From an uncultured Alphaproteobacteria bacterium (GTDB lineage: Bacteria > Pseudomonadota > Alphaproteobacteria > Rs-D84): a stretch of 64,000 bases of DNA. The notes under the pieces are model-generated. The model was not told where the DNA came from. It saw only the letters and a list, made by a program, of their open reading frames with translations, and made no database searches. Position 1 is the first letter of the stretch, and the number at the start of each line of letters is the position of its first letter. Below are positions 9,471-18,691 of this stretch, one piece after another. Where the stretch lies: NCBI GenBank assembly GCA_947175875.1, contig CAMWON010000002.1:1216-65215 (forward strand). The letters run 5' to 3'. The position numbers were made by a program, and so were the translations under genes.

Positions 9471-10540
9471 TGGAACGCCTTGAAAAGCTGTATGCAAAAT
9501 TTATGTTCCGGACCAATACGTCCAAGCGTATGGCGACGTGCCGGAAACTGGCGTCGCTGTTGCGCAATGATTTTACGTTGATGAATGCGCTGGGGCGGAT
9601 TGAAATGATTGAATCGCGCGGCGGTAAAAAACCGGGCGAGCCGTTCGCAATCGTAATGCGCGAATGGCAAAAGAATCTGGAACGCGGTATGAGTTTTTCA
9701 GAGGCGACGCGCGGATGGGTTCCAGCGGAAGAAACGCTGTTGTTGACATCCGGGAATATTTCAAATCTGGCGGTGGCGCTGGACAATGTTGGCCGCGTGG
9801 TAGAGGGGTCGGGCCGTATTTCGCGCGCGATGGCGTCGGCGGTTGCGTATCCGTTGTTTCTGTTCGCGTTGACGTTCGGGATAATAATAATGGTTGGGCT
9901 GTATCTGGTGCCGCCGTTGGCAGAGGCGGCGGGCGACGGCGTCATATGGCGCGGCGCGGCGGCGTCACTGATATGGTTAAGCGGGGCGGCGTATAAATAT
10001 TGGTTCATTGTCGTTATGGCCGCGGCCGCGATTATCGGGGCTGTATGGATAAGCCTGCCGAACTGGGCCGGGCGGGCGCGCGCGGTGGCGGATAAACTGC
10101 CGCCGTGGAACGTTTACAAGATACGCGTGTCGGTGTCGTGGTTAATGTCCTTGTCGGCGATGGTGGCGGCGGGAATGACCGTGCCGGACGCGATGCGAAT
10201 GCTGGCCGACAACGGGAACAGGTATCTGCGTACAAGACTTTCGGCGGCACTGCGATATATTGCAAACGGTGACAATTTGGGTGTTGCGTTGGCGAATACC
10301 GGGATGGATTTTCCGAACGATGAAATTATCGGTGATTTGGCGATATATGCCGACATGAACGGGTTTGACCAGAATCTGTCGCGTGTGGCGAACGATTATC
10401 TGGACCAGTCCGTGCGCCGTATGGAGGCGATATCAAGCACATTGAACAGCATCGGCATAATCCTGGTGTCGGCGATAATCGCGTGGGTTGTTCTGGGGAC
10501 GTTCCAGATGCAGGACCAGATTACGGCTGCATTGTCATAA
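9467..10540 (+). CDS. GspF/PilC-family inner-membrane platform protein (PilR-like)
   Basis: 357 aa, three predicted TM regions. Size, and position overlapping the stop of the ATPase gene, fit. Confidence 0.75.
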   Translation: MMERLEKLYAKFMFRTNTSKRMATCRKLASLLRNDFTLMNALGRIEMIESRGGKKPGEPFAIVMREWQKNLERGMSFSEATRGWVPAEETLLLTSGNISNLAVALDNVGRVVEGSGRISRAMASAVAYPLFLFALTFGIIIMVGLYLVPPLAEAAGDGVIWRGAAASLIWLSGAAYKYWFIVVMAAAAIIGAVWISLPNWAGRARAVADKLPPWNVYKIRVSVSWLMSLSAMVAAGMTVPDAMRMLADNGNRYLRTRLSAALRYIANGDNLGVALANTGMDFPNDEIIGDLAIYADMNGFDQNLSRVANDYLDQSVRRMEAISSTLNSIGIILVSAIIAWVVLGTFQMQDQITAALS

Positions 10541-10585
10541 TGGAAATTCAAATTTCTGGAAATAATAATCGAAATAGGATATAAT

Positions 10586-10770
10586 TCCCATCGTAATAGG
10601 GCTTCCTGTTATGCGAGCGTGGAAATCTCGCGACAAAAATCGCCTGCGCAGGCGTTAAATGCTCCACCCAACGCGGGTTGGAGACTGGTTGAATATAAAG
10701 AATAGACCAGGCATGAATTTTTGCATGATTTCCACCCTCCAACCGCCCTATATGTTTGGCGGTCTTTTTT
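10586..10770 (+). ncRNA. Structured RNA element, copy A of a 3-member family (unclassified)
   Basis: TATAAT at 10580-10585, with the same TATAATTCCCATCG as copy B. Long-range helix GAGCGTGGAAATC (10615-10627) / GATTTCCACCCTC (10727-10739). Hairpin CTCCACCC-aacgc-GGGTTGGAG (10662-10683). CAACC, then ACCGCC-loop-GGCGGT + CTTTTTT terminator ending at 10770. No ORF. Confidence 0.55.
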
Positions 10771-10880
10771 GTTCATGCCCCGGTTTTGCGTCTTCTTAAA
10801 CAATAAAATTGTGCCGGGGCTCTTATGTGTTGTTCAGTTCCGCGCGCGTTGCCTGACGTGCCATTGGGGACCCCTGTGTG

Positions 10881-10916
10881 ATAAAAATAAAAACCATCGG
10901 AAAAATTCAGATGGTT
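10881..10916 (-). terminator. Intrinsic terminator of the RusA-like gene; carries the CTCCAACC module
   Basis: Minus strand: stop-AAAAAA-CTCC-AACCATC-loop-GATGGTT-TTTATTTTTAT. It has the same CTCCAACC-plus-hairpin layout as the 3' ends of elements A, B and C. Confidence 0.6.
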
Positions 10917-10925
10917 GGAGTTTTT

Positions 10926-11495
10926 TTACACCATAAACGGCAGGTTTTCCAGTGTCCCTTCGACCACGCGGACGTTTACGTCAATCCACATAAATATGGT
11001 GTCGGGTGTGCGCGGTATGTCCGGACAGAACATATCGGTGGACAACAGGTGGCTGGTATTTACCGACAATTTGGTTATCAAATGGTCGTCGTCCAGCAGT
11101 GTGTAAATCGGACCGATATCGCGCGGCGTGTTTGCACCGATTTCGTGTTCATTTTGCGGCGCGCGCAGGCCGTCGAACAATGTCTTGATGCGGTTGTCGA
11201 TGTCGGACCGCGTCATGCCGACGATTTCCGGGTGCATCATCTGGATGTCCAGTTCCGCAATCAATTTCAAATTCGGCGTTATAATCGGGTTCCAGTCGAT
11301 GCCCCCGATATGGCGTGTGGTAATGGGGCTTTTGGTGGCGCCGGGCATCATGAACTTGGTCATGTTGTTCCATGGGCTGTGTTCAACCAGCTTTTTTAAC
11401 TGGGGGTGAAACTGCATGCGGATATCCGAAATATGCTGGGCGCGTTTCTTTGGATTAATTAAAATTTCTCCGAAATATAGCAGTTTGAACTTCAT
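10926..11495 (-). CDS. Hypothetical protein with RusA-like endonuclease motif
   Basis: 189 aa, RBS AAGGGGA 9 nt upstream. RSDIDNRIKTLFDGLRAP...LLDDDHLITKLSV resembles E. coli RusA [30 protein letters not shown] (from memory). The overlapping plus-strand ORFs were rejected. Confidence 0.6.
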   Translation of the reverse strand: MKFKLLYFGEILINPKKRAQHISDIRMQFHPQLKKLVEHSPWNNMTKFMMPGATKSPITTRHIGGIDWNPIITPNLKLIAELDIQMMHPEIVGMTRSDIDNRIKTLFDGLRAPQNEHEIGANTPRDIGPIYTLLDDDHLITKLSVNTSHLLSTDMFCPDIPRTPDTIFMWIDVNVRVVEGTLENLPFMV

Positions 11496-11572
11496 GGTAT
11501 TTTATCCCCTTTTTCCTTGATAAGTATACCAGAAATTGCTATGGTTTTCATAGAAAAAAGAAAGGAATTTAA

Positions 11573-13972
<2,400 letters not shown>

Positions 13973-13990
13973 ATAAAAAGGGGTGCCGTA

Positions 13991-14374
13991 ATGGCCGAAC
14001 AAAACGATTCTTTGCCGCATATGGATAAAGACGGAATTGTGACTTATCCGGATGGACGGCGTTTTCAAATAAACGATGCCGGCGAGATAATCGCATTGGA
14101 CGGAAAAGACGTGTCGGTGAAATCCGAAGCAGATGCGGCCAAAGATACGGAGTACGGCAATCTTGATTATTTGATAAACAATCATCCGGACAGACTGGAC
14201 GATGTTGATGCGGCGCGCGCGCAGCGTGGCAGACTGGAAAAAGAGATGGGGATTGATTCTAAAAAAAGTGCCGCCGCCTTTGCAAAGGCGCGGGAAAAAC
14301 TGCGCGCGCGTATTAATCAGAATAACAATCCGGGTATGATTGATATCATGGCCCGGCAAAACCAAAATGATTAA
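13991..14374 (+). CDS. Hypothetical protein
   Basis: 127-aa hydrophilic ORF with no recognised motif. The coding call rests on length, strand consistency and spacing after gyrB. Confidence 0.45.
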   Translation: MAEQNDSLPHMDKDGIVTYPDGRRFQINDAGEIIALDGKDVSVKSEADAAKDTEYGNLDYLINNHPDRLDDVDAARAQRGRLEKEMGIDSKKSAAAFAKAREKLRARINQNNNPGMIDIMARQNQND

Positions 14375-14387
14375 AAAAGGGGCGCCA

Positions 14388-14615
14388 ATGTCCGCAAGTA
14401 ACGACATGCAGAAAACAACAACCGCACGCGAAGAAGAGATGGTTGTTATAAACGGTCGCAAAATGCTGCTGATGCCGGACGGGACATTGGTGCCGATGAA
14501 AAAGAAAACTATGTTCAACAAGGCTACCGAGCGCTTGAACAACGGTGCCCCCGCGCCGCAAAATCATAATGTGACGATGGCCGACATGTTGGCGCAAAAA
14601 AAGCAAAACGGTTAA
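14388..14615 (+). CDS. Hypothetical small protein
   Basis: ORF 14340..14615. ATG at 14388 is preferred (AAAAGGGG upstream; avoids overlap). Confidence 0.4.
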   Translation: MSASNDMQKTTTAREEEMVVINGRKMLLMPDGTLVPMKKKTMFNKATERLNNGAPAPQNHNVTMADMLAQKKQNG

Positions 14616-14618
14616 AGT

Positions 14619-15281
14619 ATGTTTACGGCGGATTGGTTTTTTGCATTGGACCGACAGTTGCGGGACATGGGAATGGATTCCGATGCGCAGAGTTTTGACG
14701 AGATAAAGGAAAACCTGTCGCGCCGTCATGTATGCACGCCGGACGAATTTGCCGACAACTGTGCATACGTTATATTGGCGGGCGGATTTTCACAAAAGAC
14801 CGCGAAAAAAATTCATGCAAAAATCATGGCGCATATTGCGGAAAATGGTGCGGACTTTGACGCGATGATGGGATTGTTTGCGAATAAAAACAAGATTAAC
14901 GCCATTTGCAAAATATGGACGGGGCGCGCGGATTTATGCCGGGCCTATTATGAATTGGAAACGACGGACGCACGGTTGGCCTATCTGGCAAAACTGCCCC
15001 ATATCGGGAAAATTACGGCAAATCATCTGGCGCGAAACCTGGGCGAGGATGTTGTGAAATACGATATCTGGATTCAGCGTTTGGGTGTTCTGTTCGCGGG
15101 CAATGCGGCGTTGAGCGCAAAAATAGACAACGGGAATCTGGACGCGGATGTGCGACGCGCGTGCGACGACATGTTTGCGTCACTTTGTGTGGCGACCGGA
15201 CTGCCACGCGGATATATTGATGTGGTGTTATGGAAAGCATGCCAACAAAAATTGATTTCTATGGACGCCTGCTTGCAATAA
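14619..15281 (+). CDS. Helix-hairpin-helix protein, possibly HhH-GPD-like DNA glycosylase family
   Basis: 220 aa. LAKLPHIGKITANHLARNLG is a typical HhH motif. The gene lies next to ung. No catalytic assignment is possible. Confidence 0.45.
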   Translation: MFTADWFFALDRQLRDMGMDSDAQSFDEIKENLSRRHVCTPDEFADNCAYVILAGGFSQKTAKKIHAKIMAHIAENGADFDAMMGLFANKNKINAICKIWTGRADLCRAYYELETTDARLAYLAKLPHIGKITANHLARNLGEDVVKYDIWIQRLGVLFAGNAALSAKIDNGNLDADVRRACDDMFASLCVATGLPRGYIDVVLWKACQQKLISMDACLQ

Positions 15282-15368
15282 TCGCCGGTCATGTACCGTT
15301 ATGTACATTCCCTTTGATTATCGCGGCGCATTCGTCACATATAAATCAATTTTGAAAAGGATTGTATT

Positions 15369-16031
15369 ATGAACGTAAAAATTGAACAGACCTGGAAAGA
15401 TGCGTTGGCGTCCGAATTTGATAAAGATTATTTTATCAAGCTAACCGATTTCGTCCGCGCGGAATACATGTCCGGTAAAAAGATTTATCCGGCGCCGGCA
15501 AATATTTTTAATGCGTTCAATCTGTGTCCGCTGGATCGGGTAAAGGTCGTTATGATTGGCCAGGACCCCTATCACGAGCCGGGCCAGGCACACGGCCTGT
15601 GTTTTTCCGTTTTGCCGCCGACGCCGGTGCCGCCGTCGCTGGTTAATATTTACAAGGAAATTGAAAACGATTTGGGTCGTCCGTCCGTGACGCACGGCGA
15701 TTTGACGCATTGGGCCCAGCAGGGCGTTTTAATGTTAAATGCAACATTGACCGTTCAGGCGCACCGGGCCGCATCACATGTGGGGCGCGGATGGGAACAG
15801 TTTACGGACGCCGTTATCCGCACGGTTGCGGCGCGTGACAACGTCGTATATATGCTGTGGGGGGCGTACGCCCAGCGCAAGGCGGAATTTGTAAACCCGC
15901 AAAATAATTTGATATTAAAATCCGTGCATCCGTCGCCCTTATCGGCGCATCGCGGATTTTTTGGAAATCATCATTTTTCACGTGCGAACGAATATCTGGC
16001 CGCGCACGGCATGACGCCGATTGAATGGTAA
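15369..16031 (+). CDS. ung: Uracil-DNA glycosylase
   Basis: 220 aa. Motifs: VVMIGQDPYHEPGQAHGLCFSV, GVLMLNATLTV, HPSPLSA. Confidence 0.95.
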   Translation: MNVKIEQTWKDALASEFDKDYFIKLTDFVRAEYMSGKKIYPAPANIFNAFNLCPLDRVKVVMIGQDPYHEPGQAHGLCFSVLPPTPVPPSLVNIYKEIENDLGRPSVTHGDLTHWAQQGVLMLNATLTVQAHRAASHVGRGWEQFTDAVIRTVAARDNVVYMLWGAYAQRKAEFVNPQNNLILKSVHPSPLSAHRGFFGNHHFSRANEYLAAHGMTPIEW

Positions 16032-16044
16032 AATTACCCGGCGA

Positions 16045-16400
16045 CGCAAAATAAAGACATTTCCTGAAGGTAAGGACCATTGCGATTTTACGCATACCGC
16101 GCGGAATATCGTTTGGCATATGGTTCGATTTCTTACGCAGACATACATCTGTTCCGCCGTCACCGGATAATATATGGAAACGGCCGCCAAAAAATTGGTG
16201 GCCGGGGCGTTCGAAAATCATAAGAACCATGACTCCTCAGGCCTTTCGGTTTCCCGTATTGTATAGCCATCGGCACCCCGGCCATTTCCACGAGCACGAG
16301 GAATAACGGTGCGACGCACCGCATGGATTATTTCGATGCGTTTATCGCACCGGTTCTTAAAGGCTTTCGACAGCCCCAAACCAATATCCCTACTGGTTCG
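16045..16400 (-). pseudogene. Possible degraded IS66-family TnpB (ORF2) remnant
   Basis: Two minus-strand frames read ...RGADGYTIRETERPEESWFL* and MVLMIFERPGHQFFGGRFHILSGDGGTDVCLRKK. They loosely follow the remembered IS66 TnpB pattern (MRKGFDGL..LV.E.L..DP.SGHLFVF.NRR.D.IKIL.WDG.G.CL..KRLE). The remnant is frameshifted and truncated. Confidence 0.3.
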
Positions 16401-16440
16401 GGGTTATTATAGCATTGCTTGTGATAAAAATCCAGAGATA

Positions 16441-17001
16441 TTAAAAATTATACGATACGCCCAGACCGTAAAATGCGTATGAATGATTTTCGTCGGCCGT
16501 GTTGCCGTTCGAGAAATGCTGAACAAAAATTTCACCGCCCCAGTGCTCTGTAAAACGATATCCGGCCGATATTTTAAACTGAAATACCAGTTTTGCCCCC
16601 AGACGGTCGTTCTCTTTTGCCTGGAAACCGACGCCGACACCCGGGCCGACGTACCAATCGTCGCCATACAACAATGCGACATCACCGGATGCCCATACCA
16701 TCGGGATTGAAAAATCAGTCCAGTCCCAGCCGTATGCACGACCCATGCCGACTGTTTCGCCAAAGTTCATAGACTGGCGCGCGGGCAGGGTAAAGAATGT
16801 TGTCGGTTGCGAATACTGAATATTTGGCAGCATATAAAACGGCACGAATTGCGATGGCGGCGGGACAAGGAATCCGCTGTTTACACCTTGACCGATATTA
16901 ACGACAATTTGATTTTGGGCGGTGCCAAAATATGGGTTCCAATCGGCATTTGCCGCACATGCGACGACCGAAGATACAAAAGCAAATACGATTTTTTTCA
17001 T
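16441..17001 (-). CDS. pagL: Outer-membrane acyloxyacyl hydrolase, lipid A 3-O-deacylase (PagL-like)
   Basis: ORF 16441..17037; start MKKIVFAFVSSVVACAANA (17001) preferred. HFSNG catalytic-type motif and C-terminal GLGVSYNF beta-signal. Confidence 0.7.
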   Translation of the reverse strand: MKKIVFAFVSSVVACAANADWNPYFGTAQNQIVVNIGQGVNSGFLVPPPSQFVPFYMLPNIQYSQPTTFFTLPARQSMNFGETVGMGRAYGWDWTDFSIPMVWASGDVALLYGDDWYVGPGVGVGFQAKENDRLGAKLVFQFKISAGYRFTEHWGGEIFVQHFSNGNTADENHSYAFYGLGVSYNF

Positions 17002-17110
17002 AAGTGGAAATATATAATATTTTCGTTTGGGCTTCAACAGAATTTTATTAAATAATATAATGTTTTTGTATATGAATGAAATCCTGGGGTGGGGCGCGTG
17101 CTATTTTGCC

Positions 17111-17138
17111 TTGCAATCGGAAAATTCTCTGTTATAAT
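17111..17138 (+). promoter_or_regulatory. Sigma70-type promoter for tRNA-Met
   Basis: TTGCAA-16 nt-TATAAT, ending 10 nt before the tRNA. Confidence 0.7.
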
Positions 17139-17148
17139 CGGGGGCGTT

Positions 17149-17225
17149 GGCGGGATAGCTCAGCTGGTTAGAGCAGTGGAATCATAATCCACGTGTCGGG
17201 GGTTCAAGTCCCTCTCCCGCTACCA
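17149..17225 (+). tRNA. tRNA with CAT anticodon (elongator Met, or Ile2 if lysidinylated)
   Basis: GGCGGGATAGCTCAGCTGGTTAGAGCAGTGGAATCATAATCCACGTGTCGGGGGTTCAAGTCCCTCTCCCGCTACCA. It forms a full cloverleaf with anticodon loop ATCATAA. Confidence 0.9.
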
Positions 17226-17233
17226 AAATTCAA

Positions 17234-17259
17234 ATGCCCCTTGCGGGCATTTTAATTTT
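17234..17259 (+). terminator. Intrinsic terminator after tRNA-Met
   Basis: ATGCCC-cttgc-GGGCAT followed by TTTAATTTT. Confidence 0.65.
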
Positions 17260-17295
17260 GGTACAGGGACGCAGAAGCCCCGAGGAAAGGGGGGG

Positions 17296-17390
17296 CAAAC
17301 AAGCAAATAGGCATGTGGGAACATGCCGGTTGCGCAACGCGCAAATTTGCGAAGTTCCGCGAAGCGAATTCCCTCTCCCGCTACCAAAAT
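17296..17390 (+). repeat. tRNA-Met-derived repeat unit, copy 2
   Basis: CAAACAAGCAAATAGGCATGTGGGAACATGCCGGTTGCGCAACGCGCAAATTTGCGAAGTTCCGCGAAGCGAATTCCCTCTCCCGCTACCAAAAT. It is near-identical to 19951-20060 apart from an 18-nt indel. Confidence 0.8.
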
Positions 17391-17394
17391 AAAT

Positions 17395-17416
17395 CGCCCC
17401 TTTTGGGCGGTTTTTT
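17395..17416 (+). terminator. Intrinsic terminator after repeat copy 2
   Basis: CGCCC-ctttt-GGGCG followed by GTTTTTT. Confidence 0.55.
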
Positions 17417-17769
17417 AGAACCTTTGTTGTACTGAAAATTCAAGCCCCCATTTATCGAACTCGCGTTGCCAAATGTTTGAATCGCGGCGCGTATAACTTA
17501 GCGTCAACGTCGGTACAAAGTTCCACAGGGTTAGTTTATTATTGGGTGTTTCTATACTATCGTATAATAAAATAGACTGCTACAAATTTTCTTAGGAATT
17601 TATTGCGTGCATATTACCTTACAGGATTATATATTAAAAATCACATTTTTTCAATGTGATTTTTTTGTTTAATTACAACAAATTAAATTTATTATTCAAA
17701 AAAAAACGCTTTATAATTGCTATTAAGAGTATTAGATAATACTCGCAATCCCAAACAAAGGAGGGAAAA

Positions 17770-18657
17770 ATGTCGTTTGATATATATACAGAAACAGGTT
17801 ATACGCAATTAACACCAGGTGCATACAATATTATTGGTATAGGTTATGGTGGGGACGGCGCTAAAGGAGGAACTTCACCAAGTGGAAATAATGTAACATC
17901 TGGTGATGTAAACGGCGCAGTTGGAGCTGGTGGTGGTGCAGGAGCTTTTGTCTTTTTCAAAAATATAAACGTTGGTGAGTATGATGGATATCTGTCTTTT
18001 GTCATTGACGAAAAAAGTAAAAACCTTACTATTCTTGGGCCATTGGTGGGCAATGTAAAAATACCCCAAGCAGGTTCTGGAGTCCAAGCTCCTGTTCCGG
18101 CTACGAGCTTGACTATTCCCCCTGTGCCCGGTGATTCTGTAGCTCCGGCTAATGCAGAGTACGTTGGTTCGCGTGGTGGTGGTGCAGGTGGAACTTATGG
18201 TGTAAGAGGAACGAGCACACCTGCTGTGACACCTGGTGGTAAGGGTAATAATGGAAATGGTGGTTCAGCCGTTCTTCCAGCTATTTCGGGCAGTTTGCGT
18301 TCTGGCGGTGTCGGTGGAGCAGGTGGAGGTAACACTCCTTATACGGGTCAAGGCGGTAATGGTGGCAAAGGAGTGCTAGATAGTGGCTTGATAATATCTG
18401 AATCTACTACCTTGCAAGATATTGTTCAAGCAATACAAGGTGGAAGCGGCTCAAATGGAACTTCACCTAGCATACGGCCGGCGCAAGCGGGTATATCAGG
18501 AGCTTATGGCGCTGGTGGCGGTGGCGCTTGGACCTCTGGCACAAATGGGGGTGCTCCAAGCAATCCAGCCTATCATGTTAACGGTGTCGGTGGCGCCGGA
18601 GGCATTGGTGGTATTCCTGCAGTTATCGTTGTGCATTTGACACAAAAAGTGCGCTAA
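17770..18657 (+). CDS. Glycine-rich protein (Gly_rich-domain-like), no signal peptide
   Basis: 295 aa, RBS AAGGAGGGA. It contains repeated GGxGGxG runs (GAGGGAGA, GGGAGGTYG, GGVGGAGGG, GGNGGKG, GGAGGIGG). The N-terminus TPGAYNIIGIGYGGDGAKGG is as in glycine-rich domain proteins. Confidence 0.6.
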   Translation: MSFDIYTETGYTQLTPGAYNIIGIGYGGDGAKGGTSPSGNNVTSGDVNGAVGAGGGAGAFVFFKNINVGEYDGYLSFVIDEKSKNLTILGPLVGNVKIPQAGSGVQAPVPATSLTIPPVPGDSVAPANAEYVGSRGGGAGGTYGVRGTSTPAVTPGGKGNNGNGGSAVLPAISGSLRSGGVGGAGGGNTPYTGQGGNGGKGVLDSGLIISESTTLQDIVQAIQGGSGSNGTSPSIRPAQAGISGAYGAGGGGAWTSGTNGGAPSNPAYHVNGVGGAGGIGGIPAVIVVHLTQKVR

Positions 18658-18691
18658 TTGTATACCCTCTCCGTCAAGTGGCGGAGAGGGT

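Noticed and set aside
8843-10008. Minus-strand ORFs 8843..9670 (275 aa) and 9409..10008 (199 aa)
   Set aside because: They are antisense to the GspE-family ATPase and the GspF-family platform genes, whose motifs are unambiguous.
10586-10770. Assignment of RNA elements A, B and C to a known riboswitch or sRNA class
   Set aside because: I compared them from memory with the consensus cores of SAM-II, SAM/SAH, c-di-GMP-I, guanidine-I/II, ZTP, fluoride, Mn and cobalamin riboswitches. I also compared c4 antisense RNA, retron msr/msd, and SRP, 6S, RNase P and tmRNA. None of their conserved cores is present, and no RT, TnpB or IS110 gene is nearby. The elements are left unclassified.
10878-11409. 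Plus-strand ORFs (173 aa, 93 aa) opposite the RusA-like gene
   Set aside because: The minus-strand frame has an RBS (AAGGGGA), a terminator right after its stop, a balanced amino-acid composition and a recognisable motif. The plus-strand frames are Val/Arg/His/Gln-rich and lack signals.
15814-16230. 138-aa minus-strand ORF treated as a real gene
   Set aside because: Its 3' two-thirds overlap the end of ung in antisense. Only the 5' part lies in the intergenic gap, where it is better explained as a fragment of a decayed IS66-TnpB-like sequence.
17262-17390. The idea that the tRNA-like units with a split T-loop are pieces of a two-piece (permuted) alphaproteobacterial tmRNA
   Set aside because: The acceptor and T-arm sequences are copies of the adjacent tRNA-Met, not a tmRNA-type alanine acceptor. 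No tag reading frame or resume codon is apparent. The units occur as direct repeats around AT-rich cargo, which fits att sites better.
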